Shown here: piece by piece, positions 20,030 to 28,158 of the stretch
Layout of the letters: every line of letters starts with the position of its first letter
Numbering within the stretch: position 1 is the stretch's first letter
Source of the DNA: Clostridia bacterium
GTDB taxonomy: Bacteria > Bacillota > Clostridia > Oscillospirales > CAG-272
Length of the DNA: 64,000 bases
Reading direction: 5' to 3'
NCBI GenBank assembly: GCA_017625935.1
Contig: JAGALA010000015.1
Span: 7,696 to 71,695, forward strand
Notes under the pieces: model-generated
What the model was told of the DNA's origin: nothing
Seen by the model: only the letters and a program-made list of their open reading frames with translations
Databases searched by the model: none
Translations under genes and position numbers: made by a program

Positions 20030-20300
20030 TTTTGAAGGAGAGTAGATTGAGTCTATTTTAGTGCGCCCGTGCCACGGGCTTTAATCTCCAAAGCTTTTTT
20101 GCGTTACACTCGCAAAACCAAAGCGAGTGTAACAAAAGCTGATGCTAAGCATCTATGTTTAAGGAGAGAGATATGGTCTATATTTATTAACTCCTTAATG
20201 CGCTTTTTTGCTACACTCGTCGTTTTGACGAGTGCAACCAAAGCTCCCGCGCCGAAAAGATTCGGCTTGGGTGTGATTAAGGAGAGAGGGTGTAGTCAAA
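20030..20300 (-). ncRNA. Candidate tandem structured small-RNA array with anti-SD motifs
   Basis: AAGGAGAG...GTC motif at 20035, 20161 and 20279. Two related ACTCG...CGAGT hairpins inside AAAGC/GCTTT and CTCC/GGAG stems. Strand inferred from the upstream gene and terminator. Confidence 0.5.
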
Positions 20301-20301
20301 T

Positions 20302-21060
20302 TTAGTTTAGCTTTCTTTGATATTCAAGCTCGGTTAAGCGCAAATAAGCGCCGAATGCGATAGGACCGGGGATGTAGTTGATTTTTTCAACCTCACCGTC
20401 AGCGCCTATACCAACAAGCTCACCGTTTAGGTTGAAAACTCCGCCGCCTGCTGCGCCGATTATAATAAATCCGCTTGGCTGTGTATCTTCAGGACTTGCC
20501 CATTTTACACAGGGGAGCACCTTTGCATCCTCGTAAATTTTTAAAACCGCGATGCCTGAGGCGTTGTCCGCGCCGCAAAGCACTGCCTCATATTTATTTC
20601 CGTTTTCGCACGTTACGTCAGCGAGCAAGGCAGGAAGACCTGAGCGATGATTGCTGATAACGGCTGTTGTTGTTACAATGTAGTAGCCGTGTCTGTCGTT
20701 TGAGTCCGAAAACTCGCCCGCGATAACACCGCTGCCCGATGAACCTGTTTTTGTGTTAACCGATACAACGGATTTTTTGAGTGAATCAAATATATTTACT
20801 GAATTCTTGCCCTCGCTGAGCGCTGCCTGATCACCGCTTGAAACGTACGATGTGGAGTGTGTAACTCTTGGCGTATCGTTGTTCATTTTGCGTGAAATTG
20901 CGATAAAAGCAAGAATTGAGGTTGAAACAATTACTGACGTAGCTGCAAGCGATATACAAACTATAAGAACGATGGGAAGTGTTCTTTTCTTTTGAGAAAC
21001 TGCTTCGCCGTCTTGATTTTTGATACCGTTTAAGCTGTCGTTAAATATATAATTAGACAT
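20302..21060 (-). CDS. Membrane-anchored HtrA/trypsin-like protein lacking catalytic residues and PDZ domain
   Basis: One TM helix, SVVSV, GSGVI, YIVTTTAV (canonical TNxHV), GIAVLKI (canonical DxAVLKI), GAAGGGVFNLNGELVGI (canonical GNSGG). Confidence 0.75.
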   Translation of the reverse strand: MSNYIFNDSLNGIKNQDGEAVSQKKRTLPIVLIVCISLAATSVIVSTSILAFIAISRKMNNDTPRVTHSTSYVSSGDQAALSEGKNSVNIFDSLKKSVVSVNTKTGSSGSGVIAGEFSDSNDRHGYYIVTTTAVISNHRSGLPALLADVTCENGNKYEAVLCGADNASGIAVLKIYEDAKVLPCVKWASPEDTQPSGFIIIGAAGGGVFNLNGELVGIGADGEVEKINYIPGPIAFGAYLRLTELEYQRKLN

Positions 21061-21105
21061 AAAACCTGCCTATTAAAATCATTATTCTTTCCATGTTACG
21101 CTACT

Positions 21106-21137
21106 ATTCTACAACACGAATGTGAATTCTGTGTGAA
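21106..21137 (-). promoter_or_regulatory. OmpR-family-type direct repeat plus -10 box upstream of the HtrA-like gene
   Basis: Minus strand TTCACA-N5-TTCACA, 9 nt, then TAGAAT. No consensus -35. Confidence 0.6.
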
Positions 21138-21176
21138 GATGGTAAAAAAAATAATTGAAAAATCGCAAAAAGAATC

Positions 21177-21205
21177 TTGATTTTACGTAATTTTTATGAT
21201 ACAAT
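21177..21205 (+). promoter_or_regulatory. SigA-type promoter of the pheST leader
   Basis: TTGATT-17 nt-TACAAT with TG extension. Confidence 0.65.
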
Positions 21206-21241
21206 ACCGAATGAAGTATGCAATCTTGGCATATTTTTGGA

Positions 21242-21492
21242 AAAGCTATGATGAAGCCGGCAATTTCCAAGCTCCATTCACAGAGAGGGCGCACACGGCT
21301 GAGAGGTGCCTAATGGTAGGATGTTTGCATTTCCCTTCGGAGCTGATTTTCTGAAAATTGAGTAGGAAAATACGGGAGATCCCGTTATAGGTCGTGGAAG
21401 TGATAGCTTCCTTAAAGTGCCGCATTTGCGGAATTTGGGTGGTACCGCGGACTTTTGTTCGTCCCTTGCTAAAAAGCGAGGGGCTTTTTTTA
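21242..21492 (+). promoter_or_regulatory. T-box riboswitch (Phe)
   Basis: Stem I AGAGA and GCTGAGA motifs, TTC specifier candidates near 21331-21338, T-box AATTTGGGTGGTACCGCG (21432-21449), terminator 21461-21492, upstream of pheS. Confidence 0.93.
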
Positions 21493-21590
21493 TGCAACGC
21501 GGTGCGTTGATTTCATACAAGCAAAAGCTTGATTTGCGTGCGTGGCGCAATTATATATAATAATGTAGAAAAATCCGAGAGGAGAAAAAT

Positions 21591-22604
21591 ATGAAAGAAA
21601 AATTAAATCAAATAAGAAGCGAGGCATTTAAGCTTCTTGAAAACGAAAACTGCAACATCGAGGAGGTAAGAATTAAGTACCTTGGCAAAAAGGGCGAGCT
21701 TACCTCAGTTCTTCGTATGATGGGTCAGCTCTCGCCCGAGGAAAGACCTATTATGGGTCAGCTCGCAAACGAGGTCAGAGCCCAGATCGAGGAAAAAATC
21801 GCCGAGATGGCGGAATCAAACAAGGCAAGGGAGCTTGAGCGCGCGCTCGTTTCCGAAAAAATTGACGTAACCGCGTACGGCAAGGAGCAAAAGCTTGGCA
21901 AGCTTCACCCACTTACACAGGTGCAAAGAAAGATGGAGGATATCTTCATCGGCATGGGCTTCTCAATTGCTGAAGGACCCGAGGTAGAGTACGACTACTA
22001 CAACTTCAAGGCACTTAATATTCCCGAGAACCACCCTGCAAGAGATACGCAGGATACCTTCTACATTACGGACAACATTCTTCTCCGTTCACAAACCTCA
22101 CCTGTTCAGGCAAGAGTAATGGAAAAGACACAGCCACCGATAAGAATCATCTCCCCCGGCAGAGTTTACCGCTCTGACGAGGTTGACGGCTCGCACTCAC
22201 CGCTTTTCCATCAGCTTGAGGGACTTGTTGTTGACAAGGGCATTACAATGGGCAACCTTCGCGGTATGCTTGAAACCTTTGCAAAAACAATGTTCGGTGA
22301 AAGGACAAAAATCCGCTTCCGTCCTCACCACTTCCCATTTACAGAGCCAAGTGCCGAGGTTGACGTTTCCTGCTTTGTTTGCGGCGGCAAGGGCTGCCGT
22401 CTTTGCAAGGGCGAGGGCTGGATTGAAATTCTCGGTGCGGGTATGGTGCATCCAAACGTACTTAGAACCTGCGGCATTGACCCCGAGGTTTATAGCGGCT
22501 TTGCATTCGGTATGGGTATTGAAAGAATCACAATGTGCCAATACGGCATTGACGATATGCGTCTTCTTTACGAGAACAACATTAAGTTCTTGAAGCAGTT
22601 TTAA
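21591..22604 (+). CDS. pheS: Phenylalanine-tRNA ligase alpha subunit
   Basis: [35 protein letters not shown]. Confidence 0.98.
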   Translation: MKEKLNQIRSEAFKLLENENCNIEEVRIKYLGKKGELTSVLRMMGQLSPEERPIMGQLANEVRAQIEEKIAEMAESNKARELERALVSEKIDVTAYGKEQKLGKLHPLTQVQRKMEDIFIGMGFSIAEGPEVEYDYYNFKALNIPENHPARDTQDTFYITDNILLRSQTSPVQARVMEKTQPPIRIISPGRVYRSDEVDGSHSPLFHQLEGLVVDKGITMGNLRGMLETFAKTMFGERTKIRFRPHHFPFTEPSAEVDVSCFVCGGKGCRLCKGEGWIEILGAGMVHPNVLRTCGIDPEVYSGFAFGMGIERITMCQYGIDDMRLLYENNIKFLKQF

Positions 22605-22622
22605 TTAGGAGGCTATAAGATT

Positions 22623-25028
22623 ATGAATTTATCAAGAAAATGGCTTACCGATTACGTTGACGTAACAGAGGTAAATAACAAGGATTATTGCGACAGAATG
22701 ACCGACACAGGCTCTAAGGTTGAGGGCTTCGAGGTGTTGGCAAGCGATATTGACAACGTCGTTGTCGGCAAAATCACAAAAATTTCAAAGCACGAAAACT
22801 CCGACCATCTTCAAATTTGTATGCTTGACGTTGGAGAGGACGAGGAAATTCAGATAGTAACAGGCGCGCAAAACGTTTTTGAGGGCGCGATAGTTCCCGT
22901 GGCGAAAGCACCTGCAAAATTGCCCGGTGATATTGTAATTAAGGCGGGCAAGCTCCGCGGTGTTCCCTCAAACGGTATGCTTTGCTCAATTGCCGAGCTT
23001 GGCTTAACCACTCACGATATGCCAACCGCTATCGAGGACGGTATCTTTATTCTTAACGAGCTTGAGGAGTCTGTTGGCTTCACACTCGGTATGGACATTA
23101 AGGAAGCGCTTATGCTTTCCGATGACGTGGTTGAATTTGAAATCACACCGAACCGCCCCGACTGCTTAAGCGTTATAGGTCTTGCACGTGAAAGCGCGGC
23201 TTCCTTTGAAAAAGCACTCAATATTCCTACCCCAAGCGTAAAGGGAGTGGATGACGGCGACAAGGTTGAAAACTATATTAAGGTTGACATCAATTCACCG
23301 CTTTGCAAGCGTTATGCCGCAAGAGTGGTAAAGAATATCAAAATCGAGCCTTCCCCCTTGTGGCTCAGAATGCGCCTTCGCGCCTCGGGCGTGCGCCCAA
23401 TCAACAATATTGTAGATATCACGAACTACGTTATGCTCGAATACGGTCAGCCAATGCACGCCTTTGACTACAAGTGCCTTGACGGCTCACATATTATCGT
23501 AAGAGAAGCAAACGAGGGTGAAACCTTTAAGTCACTTGACGATATTGACCATACATTAAAGAGCGGTATGCTCGTTATTTCCGACGAGAAAAAGGCGGTT
23601 GCCTTGGCGGGTGTAATGGGCGGCGCGAACAGCGAAATCACCGACGGAACCAAAACGGTTGTATTTGAAAGTGCAAGCTTTGACGGACCAAGCGTGCGTG
23701 TTACCTCACGCGCCCTCGGTATGAGAACCGAGTCAAGCTCGCGCTTTGAAAAGGGACTTGACGAGGAAACGGTTATCCCCGCAATCGAGCGCGCCTGTGA
23801 GCTTGTTGAATTGCTCGGCGCAGGTGAGGTTGTCGCTAGTCTTATCGACGTTTATCCAAATCCAAAGAAAACACGCGAAATTCCACTTAACGCGGATAGA
23901 ATTAACGCGTTCCTCGGCACAAATATTTCCGAGGACGAAATGGTAAGAATCCTCAAATCTCTCTCCTTCAAGGTTGAAAACGGTACGGTTTACGTTCCGT
24001 CCTACCGTGATGACGTTGAGGGTATGCAGGACGTTGCCGAGGAGGTTGCAAGAATTTACGGCTACAACGAGATTGAAACAACTAACGTTGTGGCATCACT
24101 CACACAGGGTGAAAGAACACCGCGCCAAGCATTTGACGTAAAGGTGAAGGATTCACTTTGTGCAATGGGTATGTATGAGATTAACACCTTCTCATTTATC
24201 AGCCCGAAATACTATGATAAAATCAATATGCCATCAAATGACGCAAGAAGAAATTCCGTTGTTATTTCCAATCCGCTTGGCGAGGACACGAGCGTAATGC
24301 GCACAACCTCACTCCCGTCAATCTTAGAGGTGCTTAACAAAAACAGCAACCTAAAGAACGATGAGGCACTCCTTTACGAGGTTGCAACCATCTATATTCC
24401 AAATGAGGATAAGAGCCAGCTTCCGTCCGAGCCGAAGGAAATTTCGCTCGGTATGTACGGCGGAGTTGATTTCTATGACCTAAAGGGTGTAATTGAGGGA
24501 CTCTTTGCATCTACGGGAATTAAGGACGCATCCTTTGTAGCTGAAAGCGGCGACCCAACCTTCCATCCCGGCAGATGCGCAAAAATCTACGCGCAAGACG
24601 GCACATATCTTGGTATAATGGGCGAAATTCATCCACTTGTCGCACAAAATTACTCATTTAACAAGCGCGTTTATATCGCCGCACTTGATTTTGAAGCAAT
24701 GTTTGACTGCCACGAGGCTGAAGCAAAGTATCAGCCGCTTCCTAAGTTCCCAGCGCTCACCCGTGACTTCTCGTTCGTATGCGACGAGGGACTTGAGGTT
24801 GGCACAATCGAGGGCACAATCAAGAAGTCGGGCGTTAAGCTCCTTGAATCGGTTAAGCTCTTCGACGTATATAGAGGCGCACAGGTAGGCGAGGGCAAAA
24901 AGAGTGTTTCGTTCTCTGTTTCCTTGCGTGCCTCCGACAGAACTCTTAACGACGAGGAAGCAGACACCGCGGTTAAGAAGATTCTCAAAACCTTGGAAAA
25001 AGAGCTCGGCATAACACTCCGCGCATAA
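22623..25028 (+). CDS. pheT: Phenylalanine-tRNA ligase beta subunit
   Basis: OB-fold LRGVPSNGMLCS, ITPNRPDCLS, DVAEEVARIYGY, C-terminal FDVYRG anticodon-binding domain. Confidence 0.98.
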   Translation: MNLSRKWLTDYVDVTEVNNKDYCDRMTDTGSKVEGFEVLASDIDNVVVGKITKISKHENSDHLQICMLDVGEDEEIQIVTGAQNVFEGAIVPVAKAPAKLPGDIVIKAGKLRGVPSNGMLCSIAELGLTTHDMPTAIEDGIFILNELEESVGFTLGMDIKEALMLSDDVVEFEITPNRPDCLSVIGLARESAASFEKALNIPTPSVKGVDDGDKVENYIKVDINSPLCKRYAARVVKNIKIEPSPLWLRMRLRASGVRPINNIVDITNYVMLEYGQPMHAFDYKCLDGSHIIVREANEGETFKSLDDIDHTLKSGMLVISDEKKAVALAGVMGGANSEITDGTKTVVFESASFDGPSVRVTSRALGMRTESSSRFEKGLDEETVIPAIERACELVELLGAGEVVASLIDVYPNPKKTREIPLNADRINAFLGTNISEDEMVRILKSLSFKVENGTVYVPSYRDDVEGMQDVAEEVARIYGYNEIETTNVVASLTQGERTPRQAFDVKVKDSLCAMGMYEINTFSFISPKYYDKINMPSNDARRNSVVISNPLGEDTSVMRTTSLPSILEVLNKNSNLKNDEALLYEVATIYIPNEDKSQLPSEPKEISLGMYGGVDFYDLKGVIEGLFASTGIKDASFVAESGDPTFHPGRCAKIYAQDGTYLGIMGEIHPLVAQNYSFNKRVYIAALDFEAMFDCHEAEAKYQPLPKFPALTRDFSFVCDEGLEVGTIEGTIKKSGVKLLESVKLFDVYRGAQVGEGKKSVSFSVSLRASDRTLNDEEADTAVKKILKTLEKELGITLRA

Positions 25029-25047
25029 AACAAAATATACAAAAACC

Positions 25048-25083
25048 GCAACCACTCTTTACCGAAAGGTATTGAGTGGTTGC
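25048..25083 (+). terminator. Hairpin after pheT with a weak U tail
   Basis: GCAACCACTC...GAGTGGTTGC with an inner TACC-GAAA-GGTA stem. Confidence 0.55.
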
Positions 25084-25138
25084 TTGCGTTTGACTTCGCT
25101 CATCGAAAAATACGTTAAAATATGATTAAAGCATCGGG

Positions 25139-25269
25139 TTTACCTCGAACTTGTGTCAAAACCGTCGTAAGTTTTAGATAAGATTTTTGCAAAAGCCTTG
25201 ATATTTTCTCGAAACCGTGATATACTATACCTACAACTTACATCAATTTCGACACAAGTTGGAGGTAAA
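25139..25269. repeat. Imperfect ~39-bp inverted repeat flanking a SigA promoter
   Basis: Left arm 25139-25177 TTTACCTCGAACTTGTGTCAAAACCGTCGTAAGTTTTAG. Right arm 25231-25269 CTACAACTTACATCAATTTCGACACAAGTTGGAGGTAAA. TTGATA-17-TATACT (25198-25226) lies between. Confidence 0.75.
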
Positions 25270-25274
25270 ACGTT

Positions 25275-26552
25275 ATGATAAAAAGAGATTTTTACTTGGA
25301 TCGCATCATTCACAATATGTGGAACGGTGAGGTGAAGGTTATTACAGGAATCCGCAGATGCGGCAAATCAACGTTGCTTTTTGAGTTGTTTTTTGATTAT
25401 TTAACGAAAACCAAGGGCGTTGATGAAAATTTAATCATCAAGCTGGAGCTTGATCAGCGCAGATACTATAAATACAGAAATCCCATAGCTCTTTGTGAAT
25501 ATGTCGAGGGCATAGTGCTTCCCAACAAGGATAAGCAGTATTATTTGTTTATCGATGAGGTTCAATTTACAAAGAAAATCATTGACGAAGAAAACGGAGG
25601 CATTGAGATAACAATATACGATATGCTCAATGAGCTCAAATCGTATAAAAACCTTGATGTTTACGTAACAGGCAGCAATTCTCACGCGCTGTCACACGAT
25701 ATAGCTACCGAGTTTAGAGGCAGAGCTACGCAAATACACGTGTATCCCTTGTCGTTTAGTGAGTACTACGCTTACATTGGCGGCGATGAACGCGCGGCTC
25801 TTGACAGGTATATGCTATACGGCGGCTTGCCTCGCGTTTTGCTGATGGATGACGACAGGGACGTAAAATCGTATTTGACTTCTCTCTATAAGGAGATGTA
25901 TATCAAGGACATTGTAGAGCGACACGGTATTGAGCGTGAGGATATATTAAACGACATTCTCGATTTTCTTTCTTCACAAATCAGCTCCTTGACAAATCCT
26001 ACAAATATATCAAACGCTATTGCCGGTATGCGAGGCGAAAGGGTAAATCCCGCATTGGTATCTAACTACGTGACTTATATTATTGATTCCTTTTTAGTGC
26101 ATATGGCAAGAAGGTTTGACATTAAGGGCAAGACGTATTTTAATTATCCCAACAAATATTACTATACGGATATAGGGTTACGCAACGCACGCTTGAATTA
26201 CAGACAGTTTGACGTGGGACACATTATGGAAAATATTGTATACAACGAGCTGGTGCGCCGCGGATATTCAGTGGACATAGGCGTGGTTTATGACCGTTCA
26301 AACGGCAACAATACGCAAAAAGAAATTGATTTCGTTGTAAACGATGGGGATCATAAGCTATATATTCAATCGTCGTTTAGAATGGATACCGAACAAAAAT
26401 CATCGTCGGAGCTTGAATCGCTGAAGCTTACGAAGGATTTTTTCAAAAAAATCATCGTTCGTATGGATATTCCTCATAGCTTTTATGATGATAACGGAAT
26501 ATATCACTGCAATTTGATAGATCTGCTTTTGGGAAAAATTGAACTTTTTTGA
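25275..26552 (+). CDS. AAA_14/DUF4143-type ATPase with C-terminal PD-(D/E)xK-like region
   Basis: GIRRCGKS Walker A, LFIDEVQ, YVTGSNS, YGGLP, KYYYTDIGLRN, ENIVYNEL, EIDFV. Confidence 0.88.
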   Translation: MIKRDFYLDRIIHNMWNGEVKVITGIRRCGKSTLLFELFFDYLTKTKGVDENLIIKLELDQRRYYKYRNPIALCEYVEGIVLPNKDKQYYLFIDEVQFTKKIIDEENGGIEITIYDMLNELKSYKNLDVYVTGSNSHALSHDIATEFRGRATQIHVYPLSFSEYYAYIGGDERAALDRYMLYGGLPRVLLMDDDRDVKSYLTSLYKEMYIKDIVERHGIEREDILNDILDFLSSQISSLTNPTNISNAIAGMRGERVNPALVSNYVTYIIDSFLVHMARRFDIKGKTYFNYPNKYYYTDIGLRNARLNYRQFDVGHIMENIVYNELVRRGYSVDIGVVYDRSNGNNTQKEIDFVVNDGDHKLYIQSSFRMDTEQKSSSELESLKLTKDFFKKIIVRMDIPHSFYDDNGIYHCNLIDLLLGKIELF

Positions 26553-26617
26553 GATGTTATTGAAATAAGTCTAAAATAGTGGTAAAATTAACATATAATA
26601 CCGTTTTGGAGGAATTT

Positions 26618-27151
26618 ATGGAAATTAAGGAATGTATTGAGGGGCGCAGAAGCATAAGAAAATTTAACGGTGCGCCGATTTCGCGTGAGGATATTGAAGA
26701 AATAATCAAAGCAGGGCAATGCGCGCCGTCGTGGAAGAACTCGCAAACCGCAAGATATTACGTTGCGCTTTCGCCCGAGGCGATTGAAAGGGTGAACGCT
26801 TGCCTGCCCGATTTTAACGCGGAGAGGACACAGGGCGTGGGTGCTTACATTGTAACAACCGTTTCAAAGGGACAAAGCGGCTGCAACTCCGACGGGGAAT
26901 ATTTCAGCCATCTCGGCAACGGCTACGAGTGCTTTGACAATGGCTTGGCTGTTGAAAATATCGCGCTTTACGCACACTCCCTCGGCTATTCTACGCTTAT
27001 TATGGGGCTTTTTGACGAGGGTGCGCTTCGCTCATACCTCGGTGTACCGAGCGGCGAGGATATCGTGGTGGCCATAGCAATAGGCAAGACGGACAAAAAG
27101 CCGAGAATGCCCGAGAGAAAACCGCTTGACGAAGTATTGAAGATATTTTGA
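26618..27151 (+). CDS. Nitroreductase family protein
   Basis: RRSIRKF, APSWKNSQ, AHSLGYST, PERKPLDE. ATG 26618 follows GGAGG. Confidence 0.9.
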   Translation: MEIKECIEGRRSIRKFNGAPISREDIEEIIKAGQCAPSWKNSQTARYYVALSPEAIERVNACLPDFNAERTQGVGAYIVTTVSKGQSGCNSDGEYFSHLGNGYECFDNGLAVENIALYAHSLGYSTLIMGLFDEGALRSYLGVPSGEDIVVAIAIGKTDKKPRMPERKPLDEVLKIF

Positions 27152-27159
27152 GGTGAAAA

Positions 27160-28113
27160 ATGAAAGCATCAAGACAAACTCTTAAAAAATTTATAAAGGG
27201 CGCTCTTTTCATAAGAGACGAGGGCGCGTATATTTGCCCGCTTAAATACGAGGAGGAGCAAATAAAAATGTTTGAGGCGGCGGACTGGGGCTGGCATTGG
27301 CGCTCACAGTTTTCCTCAGGCACAAGAATTGAACTGAAAACCGACGCAACCGAGCTTTATTTTGACGTTTACGCGCAGGAGTTCTCCTCGCCCGATTGCA
27401 CCTTTGACCTTTACGTTGACGGGGTTTTGCACGCGGTTACCAAAATCGAAAAGCCAAAGCTAAACAGAATTTGCTATCAAATGGGCGAGGGCTGGAAGCT
27501 CGTTCAGATTTATTTGCCGACAGACTGCCATATAGGCATTAAAAACTTTAATATTAACGGCGCATATAAGACGGTTAAGGACAAGGGTGAAAAGGTTCTT
27601 ATCGTCGGCGACTCTATTACGCAGGGCTACGGCACATTTATGTCGGGCGCAACGTACGCAAACGCGCTTCAAAGAAAAACGGGCTACAATTTAGTCGCGC
27701 AGGGAATCGGCGGCTTGCCGTTTAAGGATTGCGCACTCTATAAGGGCGAGTACGAGCCCGACAAAATTATCGTCGCGCTCGGCACAAACTACTACGATGC
27801 AATAGACGTTTACGATTACGAAAAGGAAACGGTTAGCTTCTTTAAAAAGCTGAACGAGCTTTGGGGCGACAAGGAGATAGTTTATATCTCGCCGCTTTGG
27901 CGCGACAATGACGTTGACTGGCAGAGGTTTAATTGGTGCATTGAAACCGCGGTAAACGAGGCACTCAAGTATGATAACATAACGGTTATCGACGGCTTCG
28001 ACCTCGTTCCCCACGTCCACGAATGCTACGCTGATAAAATCCACCCAAACGCATACGGCTCAGAGCTTTACGCTTCAAACCTTGCGTTTGTGTTAAAGGA
28101 AATTGGCTTCTAA
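27160..28113 (+). CDS. SGNH/GDSL hydrolase
   Basis: GDSITQG, GIGG, LGTN, DKIHPN catalytic blocks. Confidence 0.88.
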   Translation: MKASRQTLKKFIKGALFIRDEGAYICPLKYEEEQIKMFEAADWGWHWRSQFSSGTRIELKTDATELYFDVYAQEFSSPDCTFDLYVDGVLHAVTKIEKPKLNRICYQMGEGWKLVQIYLPTDCHIGIKNFNINGAYKTVKDKGEKVLIVGDSITQGYGTFMSGATYANALQRKTGYNLVAQGIGGLPFKDCALYKGEYEPDKIIVALGTNYYDAIDVYDYEKETVSFFKKLNELWGDKEIVYISPLWRDNDVDWQRFNWCIETAVNEALKYDNITVIDGFDLVPHVHECYADKIHPNAYGSELYASNLAFVLKEIGF

Positions 28114-28121
28114 AATCAAAC

Positions 28122-28152
28122 AAAACAGGGTGCGAAAATCGCACCCTGTTTT
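28122..28152. terminator. Bidirectional terminator
   Basis: AAAACAGGGTGCGA-AAA-TCGCACCCTGTTTT between convergent genes. Confidence 0.85.
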
Positions 28153-28158
28153 TATATT

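Noticed and set aside
20069-20305. 78-aa plus-strand ORF over the candidate RNA array
   Set aside because: GTG start without a well-spaced RBS and no recognisable motifs. It is better explained by the structured repeats.
21109-21550. Short minus-strand ORFs upstream of pheS
   Set aside because: They overlap the T-box leader and promoters.
25139-25269. Confirmed phase-variable invertible promoter
   Set aside because: The arms have several mismatches and no recombinase gene is nearby. Inversion remains only one alternative.
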